DNA from: Heterodontus francisci
Taxonomy: Eukaryota
Assembly (NCBI RefSeq): GCF_036365525.1
Contig: NC_090412.1
Span: forward strand, 6,800,123 to 6,864,122
DNA length: 64,000 nucleotides
Reading direction: 5' to 3'
This document shows positions 12,715-26,310 of the stretch, piece after piece. Below the pieces are notes generated by a model. That model worked only from the letters and a program-made list of their open reading frames with translations. It did no database searches and was not told where the DNA came from. The position numbers and the translations under genes are program-made. Position 1 is the first letter of the stretch; each line of letters starts with the position of its first letter.

Positions 12715-15700
12715 TGTGAATGCCCTCTGACTGGTAATCAGCCATTAAACAGATTACTCTTTTGAACAGCCAGTGCAGACATGACAGGCCAAATGGCACC
12801 CTTCTGTGCTGTAACAATTCCGTTATCTATGCACATTTAGTGTTTTTTTGGGGTGGGGGAGGGGGAGGCAGAGGGCGAACAGCCACACAGCCTGGTTGCA
12901 CACACTAGGTTCCTGAGCTTCCTCCAAAAAAAAAAGTGTATCTGGGGATCAGTGCTAAAACCATTACAACAGACTTCCATCAGTGTAATCCTGCCAGTAC
13001 AAGCAAGGTTGCATTTCACATGCCTCACTCTTCAGCAACCATAACATGAATTTCACTGCATTGAATCAATCAACTGGACAACTTTAAAAAGTAACTAATT
13101 CCACAGAAAAATCCACTACAACTGCTTCACTGCCTTACAAGTGGCAGTAATTCACTGTAGCAGCACAACTTCCTAACCTAGTGTCAAATGTGAGCACACT
13201 CGCGCCTTAGACTAACCTCCAATGCAGATGGTTTAATCAAATACTTTTTCTGATGCAACCATTAGTCAAAGCCCACACTTCTATGACAATGGACAGAACT
13301 GTGGAAGTCACATAGGACTTCATCGGTTGGAATACATTTAGCAGCAAAAATGTACTGTTGACATTGTTTGGGCCAGCATTTTAGCAACAGTGCATAGTAC
13401 CAGCCAAATCATGGCATGATCAGTGCATGAAACTATTTGGATCATCTGGTTTGTGCAAATCCAAGTTCAAACTATTACTCGCTCAATACCCTCTTCTCTC
13501 AACTAAAAAAAAGGACCACCATAAGTTGTTTAACATGTTCAGTTATTGCATACATATTAAATGGCATGTTAACTGGGTTCAACTGGACAATAGCAACAAG
13601 AAATAAAGATTTCAAGTTTAATTTAGTGGAAAGGGAAATTGTACACGTTTAGTTTTGATACTAACTGCACAGTTGCTGACCTCCACTGTTGCACAGGAAG
13701 GTGGCAACCACAGGGCAAGCATGCCTGCCAACAAGTTGGCCATGGACAACTCTCACTTCTGAAGCTAGTGCATGGCATAGCAAGATGAAAAACAAGGGAC
13801 AAAAGTTTTCTAAGCATGGAGCCTCACCAAAAGCAGCTTGTACTGATGCATCACAAGACATTGCGTGCACGCAGGCTTCTCAAGTCAGATGGTCAGATCC
13901 CCAGTCAAGCAGCACTCAAGACAATATGCAGCTGCAACACCAATGCTTTTTGCAGGACCCTAGGTGCTATATTCCCCAGCGTCATCACCAACCCGGCCCA
14001 GTAGAGAGTGACCACACAAAGACCCCCTTGCAGGTTAAAGAAAATTGGTACTTTTGCAACAAAATCTGGCAAGACTATTGTCTTGACAAATGAGTCATGA
14101 ATACAAAGCACTCTTTAGATGTTCCTTCTGTACGTTTGATATTTGCAGATATCTTCAGTATTGTCTGTCAGTGCCCTAACTTCAGTTTTAAAAGTGGGTT
14201 AACCAGCTACAGTTTGGCATTAGACAACTATTTTGTTATTCTTTTATTGCAATTAAATCAATCCTAGGGCTAAGCTGAAATGGGTCAAAATTTGCCTTTT
14301 CCTTAAAATTGCAGACTCCTTCACTTGTGTTCATGTTGAAGATTCTGGATGCATCAGGTCGACTGTGTTGTAGTCATGCAGTCACGAATGTTCTCAATAA
14401 TCAGGCGCTAGACTGACTGTACACCATGTGATCTTGCTGTTACCACAGCACACAAGATGAGCATTCCAGAAAAAGCAGCTTACAGTTGCGAGATGGGCCC
14501 CTTTTTGTGGGTCAGGTTACAGGTATACTTAGACAGGCACAAAAATATTAGCACCACACCACTGTCCCTATTACAGCCTTCATACAGCATCAGACATCAG
14601 TTGCATGACAATGCTCTTCACAAAACCCAATTTAAAATTGACATTTTTAAATTCATTAGTTTAATTTAATAGCAGTCAGATTATAAATACAAGACATAAT
14701 TGCAACTATTAATCTCAGTTTCACATGCTGAGATTACATGAATCCTCAAATGCACTTGTGCCAGTTTAAAAGACAGTTAATACACTTACAGCCAGGACTT
14801 GCAGAAATAAGAGGCAAGTCTGTTCTGAAATGGATTTGCGCTTAAGATTCTATTGTTATAGAAGACTGATCAAAAGGTACCAAGCTCAAGTCCATTCCTC
14901 TGTTCCACCACTGCCAAGAGGTGGGCAGTACAAATACTGTACAATCCACAGTTTAAAAGAAAATCATTTTATATCCAGGGCAGTGAAAGTCACATCTCTT
15001 ACAACACAGTAAAAAAAAAAGTGAAGCTGTGCAAACTTAACCAGGAGGGTCCAATGATACAGAACATGATTGGAGGCACTGAAGAAAGTGCAAGATTTAC
15101 CAGGATGGCAGCAGAACTGAGGAGTTATACCCAGCAGGATAGATTGCACATGCTGGGGTTACTTCTGGTAAAAGCTGAAGGGGGTCCTGAGAGAGGTCTT
15201 TAACATTATGAAAATGTTTGATAGGGTAGACCAAGAGAAGATGCTTCCACTTGTGGGTGAGATCAGAACTAGGGGCCATAAATACAAGAGATTCACTCAT
15301 AAGCAAGGTCAATAGAGATGAGAAACTTTATCTGGAGAGCAATTAGAATGTGAAACCCGCTACCACAAGCAGTAACTGAGACAAATAGCATTGAGGCATT
15401 TAAGGGGAAAAGCAGTAGGATACTTTGATGATAGATCAGGGATGGAGAGAGGAGACTCGTGTGGAGCATAAACACCAGGGTAGATGAAATGGCCTGTTTC
15501 TGTACGGTAACTACCATGCAACTGATCAGAAACTACAGACTCCTATCCAAATAGGAATGCTCCACATTGGGGACATTACTGTTTCTGCCTGCCCCCCAAT
15601 ACAACAGACAGATTAAACGAACTCTCGAAATATGTGGAATTGCTCTGCAGGACAGAACTGTGGAACCAACTGGTTGTCAAGTAAAGGCACTGACCTGCTG

Positions 15701-17392
15701 GCTTTCTGGAAGATCAAAAGCATCTAATGGTATCTACATTTCAGGCAGGGCTTGGGAGGAGCTGCAAAGACCCATAGGAAACCGTGGCCCAAGATCAGAG
15801 AGAAGACGGAGCATGATCTTCATGGATTCAAAGAGGAACAGGACTCAAACAATGACAATGTCTTCCCACCTAGTGCCAACCAGGGCACGTTACTGAACAA
15901 TGCTAGAAACTGCTACCAATGCCAGAACAAGGAAAGAGAAAAATCAATACCAGTAATTAGAAAAGCAAGTAGGGAAGAGGAGGAAGTGATTAGCAGTACA
16001 ATCTCCAGTAAAAAAAAAGTGTCAGTGTAATTGAATATTTAGAAAAACAAGCTGACAGTGAGGGAAAGAGAGTTTGCTTGGCAACAAAGAAGGTTGAGGA
16101 GAGATCTGATTGGAGATGTACAAGATGATGACAGGTTTAGATAAGGTAGACAAAGATAAGCTGTTCCTATTAGCTAATTGTACATGGACTAGGGTGCACA
16201 GATTTAAGGTTTTGGGCAAGAGTTGCAGGGAGGATGTGAGGAAAAGTTTTTTTTTTTAAACCCTGTGAGCAGTAATGACCTGAACTCACTGCATACAAGA
16301 GCTGTAGAAGTAGAGATGATCGATGACTTCAAAATTTGGGATTGGATGGGCACGAGGGACATAAACGTGCAGGGCTATGGAGATAGAGCAGGGTAATGGT
16401 ACCAACTGGATTGCTCTACAGAGCCATAATGGACTCAAGGGCCAAATGGCTGACTACTGTATAGTTGAAAAACACTGATCGGCAACTCATTTACTCTAAA
16501 CTGATTCTTTTCAGAATGCCGCGGTAGACCCCATTAATGCAGATAATAGGTGCTGTCGGTTAGAACTGATGTAGCACAGAACCAGAGTTTACATGCTGAA
16601 GATTTAACTACAAAATGGAATTCGCGAACAGGATGTTCGGACCTACACTACCATTTAATACTAACATGAAAATAAAGAATAATTTAGTCTTCATAAGCGA
16701 CTGCATTTTGGACTTTTGCATCAGACGGTCTTTGAATGCTTTCACTCAAAATACTGCAAAGTTTCTAGTTTTGTATACACCAAGTTCATTTTTTTTTTCT
16801 TAGAAATGTACACCAGTCACCAGCACCTCCAACGCAAGAACTTATGAATGGTCAAGAAAACCCAGATAAGATTTAATATACTATTTAATAAGCAGTTTTC
16901 ACAATTTACCACCTGCTGCTGCACAAGATTTGGAGGTTCTGCCTAGGGAAGGTGTGGGCTGATAACTCGAGGGCCCTTTCTCATTCCATTCATAGGCTTG
17001 TGTTGGGAACAGTCCAGGTGGCTTTGCCCTAGTAGTCACAGAGAGGAGGAACGATCCATTTAAATAATGAAACAAATTCAACAGCAACAAGCTAAACCTT
17101 TAAGCAGTTTGCACAACACCGGTTTCCCATTATCCTGGAGTGGTTATAATAGTGGTTAGAGTCCAAAATCTTTACTCTTAGCTCAATCGCTTGCCTATAC
17201 ATGTTGAAAAAAGGCTGCCACAACACAGCCAATGTTCAATCTTCGTAGATTGGTCACTGCAGAATCAGCCAATAATCTCTTCATCACCATATGACAGTTT
17301 TATCAGTTCGCTAGTTCTTTTTCCAATGGCTTATGCTTCATCTATCCATAGATAAACGTACATCGATGGTGACATCTTCAGTGCTGCAGAAG

Positions 17393-17424
17393 TCACCGTT
17401 TCTCTAATTTCTTAAACTTGGCTT
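17393..17424 (-). CDS. BLOC1S2: BLOC1S2 last coding exon ([10 protein letters not shown])
   Basis: TTACAG|AA acceptor; TGA at 17393-17395. Confidence 0.93.
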
Positions 17425-20400
17425 CTGTAATAGAACATAGTGAGAATCTTAAACATGATGATTACTACATGGAAAAGGCTTCAACAAGGATTTGCTTTTT
17501 CAGTCATACAAGTTTGCACAAATATCTATGTTCGCAGGAGTTTGGCACAGTTTTGCCACACAACATGGCACATTAGTTTCACAGAACAGATAAAGGCCAC
17601 ATTGGACTGCTATAAAAGAGCATGGATACTCAGATTAAGAAACTTGAAATCTTTCAACACAAATCTTGGAATATGTCCCATCTTCCTCTTTGTCCACCCT
17701 ATCTGACTTGCATTTATTTTGCTCCCTAGTATTTCACACAATTAATGTTGAAGTACAATAACAGAATAGGCAGCCATTTTGAATGTACAGACATCCAAAA
17801 ACAGAAATTTAACAAGTAACCAGTTAAACTGGTTTCGAATGGGAGTTGATAAAGGGAGAAAGCGTGTGGCCAGGACAACACTCTACTTCAAGTAATGACA
17901 AGAGATTTTCAATGTGCCCCTAAATAGACAGTCAAGACCTTCTTTAACACACATCTGCCTCTTCCTTAGTAACACAATGGAATGCAAGCTCAGATCATAA
18001 ACTCAACGATACAGAGCTCCAATCCATAGCTTCAGATTTAGAGAAAAGTTCTACCAATTGAGTCCCCAAGAACTGGAGATTGATTTTTTTTTTTTTTAAA
18101 AGTTGATGCCTTTGCAGCTCAAATCAATTTATAAAACATGGTCCCAATAAATATACCATTTTGCTTTCATACTCTTATCCCCGGGTATCAAGAGTGTTTG
18201 CAAAATTAGCAAATATTGTAAACAAAGCAGAAATTCCCACCCAGCTTTTTGGAGTATGCATCCAGTCTGTAGGCTGCTTGTTCCAGTGCTGCGACTTGCT
18301 CCTCAATCTGATTAATCTGATCAAGGTATGGCTGCAGACTGGCATCTAAAAGATAAACACCATGTAGATTTCAATTAATCACAAGGTTACACAAGAAATA
18401 TAAAAATTTTATGAATCAAATGATCTGCGGAAAACTGATTCTACATCAGTAAATGACGGTTGTGGAACACAATTACACTTTAAGACTAACTTATCAGCAG
18501 GAGTTAGAAGTATGATTGCTTAATAAAAGCAAAGAGAATATGCTCAATCACTGCAGTGTGGATGGCTTCACTTTATGGTGCACAAATGTTACAAACTTTT
18601 TCTTTGCCCTGCTGCCTTTGTCTAGTTGCACACAATGTCTAACAAAATTATCCACTGCATGAGGTATGTTACTTCAAATTTGAACACAAACTTCTCCGCC
18701 GACCTGTCCCTGTATTAGAGGCATCCATTTGTGCTTGGGACTCACTGAAAAGGGGCCACACCAGCAATACCTATGGCACAGTCCTTTGACACCATCAAGA
18801 CCTCAAGATTTGTAAATTGCTCAGCTATCTGCCTTCAGACTATTTTAAGTCTGTTGTCACTTGGAGGAGGAGGAGGGGGAAAAAATAGAAGAGATGTTTC
18901 TAAACTTGGATTAGCTTTCTCCCAACAGCCAGCTTGAAAGAACAAACTGTGCTAAATTATGGGTGCAGGCCAGGATCCTACCACTCAAATCTGGCAGCAT
19001 ACGCAACCACTACACTAGCCAGCTCTTTGGTTTGATCTTCTAACAGCTAAATGTCACATTAGCACTCACAGCCCAATCATAGCTCAATTTTATTTGTTGT
19101 AGCTTTGGTCTCAACACAAGCGATGCCAACATATAGCATAAAGGGTCTCACTGGAGCAAGTAATCTGAAAGAAAGCACCCCCAACACTGCACTATATCCG
19201 TCAGTACTGCACTTCAGCATCAGCCTGGATTGTGTTTCCAGATTCTGGACCAGGACTCCAGGCTACGAGATTTTCTGACTCAGGTGGTGAGAATATCACC
19301 AACTGAGACGAGCTGACAAAATCACTGTCTGCCCTTGACTGAGTATGGCATCAAGAAGCCCTAGTAAAACTGAAGTCAAAAGGAATCAGGGGAAAACTCT
19401 CCACTGGTTGGAGTCATACCAGCACAAGGGACGATGATTGTGGTTATTGGAGGTCAACCATCTCAGTCCCAGGACATCACTGCAGGAGTTCCTCACGGCA
19501 GTGTTCTAGGACCACCCATCTTCAGCTGTTTCAATGACCTGACCTTATGAAGAGGAGAAGGTGGTGAGAGCATTTGATGATGATTGTACAGTGTTCGGCA
19601 CCATTTGCAACTCCTGACAAGTCAGGAGTGTGATGAAATACTCTCTACTTGCCTGGATGGGTGCAGCTCCAACACCATCCAGGCCAAAGCAGCCCACTTG
19701 ATTGGCACTCCATCCACCACCAGTGCACTGTAACAGCTGTGTGTACTATCTACAAGATGCACTGTTTCAACTTGCCACTAATCTTATGACAGCACCTTCC
19801 AAACCCACCACTTCCACTCCCTAGAAAAACAAGGGCTGCAGACACCACCACACACCACCACCTTCAAGTTCCCCTCCAAGTCACACATCATCCAGACATG
19901 GAACTATATCGCCGTTCCTTCACTGTCACTGGGTCAAAATCCTGGAACTCCCTTCCTAACAGCACTGTGGGTGTACCTACCCTACATGGACTGCAATGGT
20001 TTAAGAAGGCAGCTCACCACCACCTTCTCCAGGGCAATTGACACCCACATCCCACAAATAAAAAAATTAAACCATTTACTACAGGGAAACTTCAATATTT
20101 ATTGCACGACATACCTAAACATAGGTTATGTGTTTGGATAGCATTAATATGAAAAACAATCCAATTCTACTTCAAGTTTATACGCTCACAACATTTAGTA
20201 TTTTTTTCATGTCCACTGGAGCTTTACCTACAAGTTATGACCACTGTCTGAAGTAGTGGATTTCTAGGTCACTAAACAATGCTCAAATTGGCACTTGTTT
20301 GATTCAGCGTAAGTTGGCTATGCAGATCCTCACTCATCCTGGAGAAAGTTACCCCAATGTTTCAAGCCCATCTACGCAAATGCTGCATCCGGCACCCACC

Positions 20401-23400
20401 ACATTTGAAGAAATCCAGTTAACCCTTGCTGTTTTTAAATCTCAGGATAACCTGGGCAGACCATCGAGATGAAACATCAAGCAGCTCCCAATCTAGATCA
20501 GCTCCCAATAATTAGCCTCCACTTACCCACAAGACCCATTTAGACAGTCCGACAGGGGAATCTGAGCAGTGACCTAATGGGGCTAGCAGCTAAATGTTCC
20601 AACCATGTCCCAGCTCACCCATGAACAATGCCATAGGAGATTAACGACACTGTTGAAAATTGTAACGCCAAAATACTCACATTTTTGATTGAGATCTTTG
20701 AGGTTGCGGTTAATATTAACAGCAATCTCCTTCATCTCCAGGTATTTAAGGCCAGTCAATTTGTTCATGTTCTCCAAGAGTTTGTAATCTTCACAGGTAG
20801 CTGAGGCAGATAAAGAGATTGACATACATCAGTAACTCAGTGACAAATTCTTTTTGTAATGTATAGCTCAGCAGCAGGTCTGTTAAAGATAGCAACAGGT
20901 ACAAGTTTATTACTGCTTATCCAAAAGGGACGCGAGCACAGTCAAACTTCAAACTGTACGGCAACAATCACTAAGAAAGAAGATTGATCCAATGTGGTTC
21001 TTCAGCCCATTTGAGCTCATTCTTGAGATTACCAACCGTAACATCATCTTCCCATTACTGACTAGCTGTTTCTCAAATGAGCCCAGTGTCCTGGTCTCAA
21101 CCACCCACTCCAGCTGATGATTACCTTGTATGAAGAAATACTTCCCAGTTGTACATTTGCTTTCACAACCCTCAACCTGCTTTTTCTGATCAGCCCTGTA
21201 CCAGCAAACATACACTAGCTCCCTATCCCCCAATGTATTAAATTTATCTTCTCTTCAACTTGGCTCTGAAGCCTCCTCCGCATTTGTTTGCACCCTTCAT
21301 GATTCCCATTGCCCCTTCATCTCAATCACTGGTGGCAGATGTTTCAGCCATTTGGGCCTTCTCTATGTGACTATCCAATCCTGAACTCCTCTGATCGTCT
21401 CATTCATCCTTTTAAAAACCTTTCCAAAACCAAATCTTTTTACCCAATCCCTCTCAATGGTTTCCTCTGCCTCAGCCACCCACCCTTTTGCTTCTACACT
21501 AAAATGCTGTAGGACATTATCTACATTCAAGGCGCTACATAAATGCAAAATTCTGCTGCCTACCACCTACCCTAGAGTTTCACTTCAGTTTAAAAATCGA
21601 GCAAGTTTTATCATTGGGAACTTAAGGCTCAGATTGCTTGACGCACTTATGTATCAGCCCTAAATCTAACTGTAGAATTAACAAGGATGTTTCCTGCTAG
21701 TACTAACCTGAAAAGTTTGAATAAAATGTACCATCTTTCTATCTATGGCATCACAGCTGCAGTTCACCACCACTGTCACCATTTCACACAATTATTTTTG
21801 GAATGCAGTGAGTTATGCAGATAGCAGCCAATCTGCAGTAGAATCATCCCACAATAGAAATATAGAAACATGCAGAAACACAGCAAATAAGGAAGCCATC
21901 TGGCCCAAAATGTCTGTGCTAGCTGAAAGTTATCCAGCCCCTGGTCTGTAGCCTTGTAGGTTATGGCACTTCAAGAGTATATCCAAGTATTTTTTTTTTT
22001 AAATGCGATGAAGGTTTGTTCTAACATCCTTTCAGGAAGCGAGTTCTAGACCCCCCCATCGAACTCTGGATGAAAAAAAATTCTCAACTCCCCTCTAATC
22101 CTGCTACCAAATACTTTAAATCTGTGTCCTCAATAAGTTGAATGCCCAGTTAATTTTTTCATGGTATTAGTTGAGGATGACATGCTGGCCAAAACAATTA
22201 ACACAAACTGAACCTAGAGAGAACCTCTGTTTATTTGTTTCAGGCGGTCTGAGAGAAACAAACAATGCCAAGGACCAACATACTGGTATGAAAGATGAGT
22301 TGTGCTGTTATAGAGCAAGGCTCCGCAGTTTCATCGCTGTACAACCAATATCAAACTCACCCGAGAGCTCTCCTTGCAGGTAGACAGACATTTTGGTAAA
22401 CATGTCCTTACAGAGTTCATTGATGTTTGGTTCAGAAGGTTCTGTGGCTTCCTCTGCTGTTTCCACTCCAAAATCATCTATTTGCAGAGTAAAATTGTAA
22501 CATAACATTACTGGTTGATCCAATGGTGGCAGAGACAGGTTCAAGACCCACAAAGCCAATCTTTTGCCCAAAGCCCACACAAAAGGTTTTCAAAAAAATA
22601 ATTCCATGGAAATTTTTGGAATGGTCAATATAATGTTCAGAAACTATGACTCTAAACATATATACTGATGGCCATGTACATTTGTTTTAAAAATGTAAAA
22701 CTGTTCAAAAAAAATTAGTTCTTGATCTTTGTGGTCCCCAACCTCAATTTAATGCACTTATTTCATTGTCACGACCAGTTTACATGGAATGTTTTTACAG
22801 TTGAAGAGTCAACATTGTATCTTACTGCATGAAAGGCTCCGCAAGTAATTGAGCAATTCAAATCAGGAGTCTCAGATCTGATACAGAATTACCCAACTTC
22901 AAAAAGTGCCATCCCAGGTTCGACAACTCTTACCCCATACTGCCATGCAGATACTCTTCCTGGAAACACATCTGTGCAATACAGCATTGGGCTCAACTCT
23001 AAAGTCCCCAACAGCAATCACCATCATGGCACAGAAAGTGACCATTACAGCAAGGTACTAAAGAACTACAAACACCATGCTATCTGATGCAGTAATGGAT
23101 AAACATTAAGAATTGGAGAAGGAAACAAAAAGCATTTTCAAGTCAAACTAGTACACAAAACACTATGTGAAGTTTAAAACCTTTCCTTTAAAGATACACT
23201 AACACACAATGAAAGTACTCTCAGTATAGAGAAATTTGGACTTGGCGTTTCAGTAACTCAATAGGACCCCACAGAAATAAACTCAAATAAATCAAAACTC
23301 GAAAAACACCAGTTTTGCAGGTGGGAATACTTCAGTTTCCTCTGGTGTTATCAATAGTTACTCGAGCTCCTGGCAGCATTCTGTTCGCACTATGAAGTCA

Positions 23401-26117
23401 ATTGGTGCCAAACAAGCTAAATGTGGTACCATTGCTGCAAGTAACCTGCACTGAGGAGGAGGAAACCTCTAGCAGCAAAATCTATTAGAACAGTTAATCA
23501 GTTTGGGTTTCTTAGTGTTTTTGAACAGATGATAATAGTTTGCCATTTACAATTCACAAGAAATAGGAGCAGGAGCAGACCATATTATCCGTCGAGCCTG
23601 CTCCACCATTCAACACTATCATGGCTGATCTCGGGCTTCAATTCCACTTTCCCGCCTGCTCCCCATATCCCTCGATTCCCTGAGGCACCAAAAATCTGTC
23701 TATCCCAGCCTTAACTCTATTCAATGATGGAGCACCCACTACCATCTGGGGTAGACAATTCCAAAGATTCACAACCCTTTTCTCCTCATCTCAGTCCTAA
23801 ATGATTGGCCCCTTATCTGGAGACTGTGCCCCCATGTTTTAGATTCCCTGAACATCAGAAACAATCTCTCAGCATCTCCCTATCAAGCCCCTTCAGAATC
23901 TTGCATGTTTCAATGAGATTGTTTCTCATTCTTCTAAACTCCAGAGCACATAGACCCAATTACTCAACAGATCATGGGACAACCACCTCATCCCAGGAAT
24001 TAATCTAGTGAACTTTCACTGTAGCGCCTCCAATGCAAATATATCATTCCTTAAATATGCAGACAAAAACTGCACACAGTATTCCAGATGTGATCTCCCC
24101 AAAGCCCTGTACAATTGTAGCTAGACTTCGTTATTCCTGCACTCCATTCCCCTTGCAATAAAGTTCAACATGCCATTAGCCTCCCTTGTTGCTCGCTGTA
24201 CCTGCATGCTAACTTCGAGTTTCTTGGACAAGCACACCCAAGTTTCTCCGATCAACATTCACAAGTTTCACACCGTTCAAAAAATATTCTGCTTTTCTAT
24301 TTTTACGACCAAAGTGAATAACCTCACATTTCCCTATATTATATTCCATCTGTCATATTTATTTTTTTTATTTATTTAGAGATACAGCACTGAAACAGGC
24401 CCTTCGGTCCATTGAGTCTGTGCCGACCATCAACCACCCATTTATACTAATCTTACACTAATTCCATATTCCTACCACATCCCCACCTGTCCCTATATTT
24501 CCCTACCACTTACCTATACTAGGGGCAATTTTTATAATGGCCAATTTACTTATCAACCTGCAAGTCTTTGGCATGTGGGAGGAAACCGGAGCACCCGGAG
24601 GAAACCCACGCAGAAACAGGGAGAACTTGCAAACTCATCTTGTTATCCACTCACTTAAACTGTCAGCATCTGTCCTCCCCACAGCTTAATTTTCCACCTA
24701 GCTTTTATCAGCAAACTTAGATACATTGTCTGTTCAGCCAAGTCATTAATAGATTGCAAATAGCTGATGCAATACTCCAATCGGGGCATAACCAGTGCTA
24801 TATAAAGGTTCAGCATCTATTTTTAAGCTCAAGATTCCACATGCTTTACTAACCACTCCCTCAATACATCCCTAGGTCCCTCTGTCCATGTACACTCTTT
24901 AGAACTGTGCCATTAAGTATATATTGCCTCTCCCTATTCCTTCTGCAAAAATGCATCACCTCACACTTGTCAGTATTAAATTCCATCCGCCACCTGTCTG
25001 CTGCCCACTCTGCTAGCCTATCCCTGTCCTGCTGCAGGCAGTTCATATCCTCCTCACAGTTTGCCACATCTCCAAATGTGATGTAATTGGCAGATTTTGA
25101 TTTTTGGTTCCTCTTTATCTACTCTACTAGTTACATTCTCAAAAAACTCAATTTCTCAAACAGGATTTCCCTTTCGTAAAACCATACTATGCTTTTCCAA
25201 CGACATTGTTGAGACTTGCTTTATTTATTTATTTAGAGATACAGCACTGAAACAGGCCCTTTGGCCCACCGAGTCTGTGTCGACCATTTATACTAATCCT
25301 ACACTAATCCCATATTCCTACCACATCCCCACCTGTATTCTATATTCTCCTACCACCTACCAATACTAGGGGCAATTTATAATGGACAATTTACCCATCA
25401 ACCTGAAAGTCATTTGGTGGTGGGAGGAAACCGGAGTACCCGGCGAAAACCCACACAGACACAGGGAGAACTTGCAAACTCCACACAGGTAGTACCCAGA
25501 ATTGAACCCAGGTCTCTGGAGCTGTGAGGCTGCGGTGCTAACCATTGCACCACTTAGTAATAGATTCCAGCAATTTCCCAATGACTGATGTCAGGCTAAC
25601 TGGCCTGTAGTTGCGTTTCCTCACCCCCTCCATTTTTTCCCTTAGCAACTTTTTGGTGACCTTTGTTGGTTTTTTAAACACTCCCAATCCTCCAAAGTTG
25701 CTACTGTTCTTTGCAACATTATAATTCTCCCTTTTTATTCTGAAGGAGCGGTTGAGAGTCTAGAGAGGAGAGGTAACCCAATGCAGAGTTCCCAGTTGGG
25801 GAAGGGGGTTCTCCCCCCGGCGTTTCAATGGTAACGGAGGCGCCCCCGGGAGGGAGAGGCCCCGCTTGCAGGGTGCTGGGCCTGGGCCTGGGCCTGGACC
25901 CCCAGCCTCCCCGCTCACCCGTCTTCCTCACTCCTCCGACAGCCTCCGCCTCCTGACCGTCCCCCGCTGCCAATGCACCCGGGCCCGAGGAGCCTGCGCT
26001 GCCATGGCCGCCCGGTCGCCCCGCTCCCTCTTCGTCCGCCTCTTCTTCTTCCTCCTCCTCCTCCTCCTCCTCCCGTTGCTGCGGCGGCTGCTGCTGCTCC
26101 ACAACCACCGCCGCCAT
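17393..26117 (-). CDS. BLOC1S2: Biogenesis of lysosome-related organelles complex 1 subunit 2 (BLOC-1/BORC subunit), 190 aa; join 26117-25919, 22477-22361, 20800-20681, 18345-18241, 17424-17393
   Basis: Exons encode [87 protein letters not shown] and [10 protein letters not shown], matching vertebrate BLOC1S2. All four introns are GT-AG and phase 1. Confidence 0.96.
18241..18345 (-). CDS. BLOC1S2: BLOC1S2 exon 4 (105 nt)
   Basis: TTTAG|AT and G|GTGGGA boundaries; [32 protein letters not shown]. Confidence 0.95.
19345..20060 (+). mobile_element. Degenerate LINE (CR1/L2 group) RT and 3' end fragment
   Basis: [10 protein letters not shown]-like remnant; the tail CAGCACTGTGGGTGTACCTAC..CACCACCTTCTCCAGGGCAATT also occurs at about 3530-3615 and inverted at about 48950-49030. 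Confidence 0.65.
20681..20800 (-). CDS. BLOC1S2: BLOC1S2 exon 3 (120 nt)
   Basis: CTCAG|CT and T|GTGAGT boundaries; [13 protein letters not shown] motif. Confidence 0.96.
22361..22477 (-). CDS. BLOC1S2: BLOC1S2 exon 2 (117 nt)
   Basis: AATAG|AT and G|GTGAGT boundaries; [39 protein letters not shown]. Confidence 0.95.
24361..24636 (-). mobile_element. HE1-like SINE (5'-truncated)
   Basis: Same core and tail as the other copies; inserted in a CR1 fragment. Confidence 0.8.
25221..25552 (-). mobile_element. HE1-like SINE
   Basis: Same family sequence. Confidence 0.85.
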
Positions 26118-26310
26118 TACCCCACCGCCGTCATGTGACTCGCCGTCCTTTCACAGGCCGACCAATCAGCGCGCGCCCGCCGCCCCCCACGTGGGACCGA
26201 CCACGCCTCTTGGAACACCGCCCCCCCCGTCCCGTTCGACCAATCAGGGGGCGGATGTGCAGCAGCACGTGACTACCTCCTCCTCTTCCCACCCCCCCCC
26301 CCAACCCCTG
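25800..26310 (-). promoter_or_regulatory. BLOC1S2 CpG-island promoter with CLEAR/M-box-type E-boxes, CCAAT and GC boxes
   Basis: GTCATGTGAC at 26130-26139, CACGTG at 26188-26193, CACGTGAC at 26266-26273; CCAAT at 26162 and 26240; GGGGCGG at about 26248. Confidence 0.75.
25919..26117 (-). CDS. BLOC1S2: BLOC1S2 exon 1 (extended, Gln/Glu/Gly-rich)
   Basis: ATG in a CpG island; donor ACG G|GTGAGC is in phase with exon 2. Confidence 0.8.

Larger units (their letters stand above)
23555..25620 (-). mobile_element. Cluster of CR1 LINE fragments with two nested SINEs (BLOC1S2 intron 1)
   Basis: CR1 3' UTR motif AGGAGCAGGAG..CCATT; [30 protein letters not shown]. Confidence 0.75.

Noticed and set aside
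13689-14093. 134-aa plus-strand ORF
   Set aside because: No recognisable homology or splice context; overlapped by similar-length ORFs in other frames.
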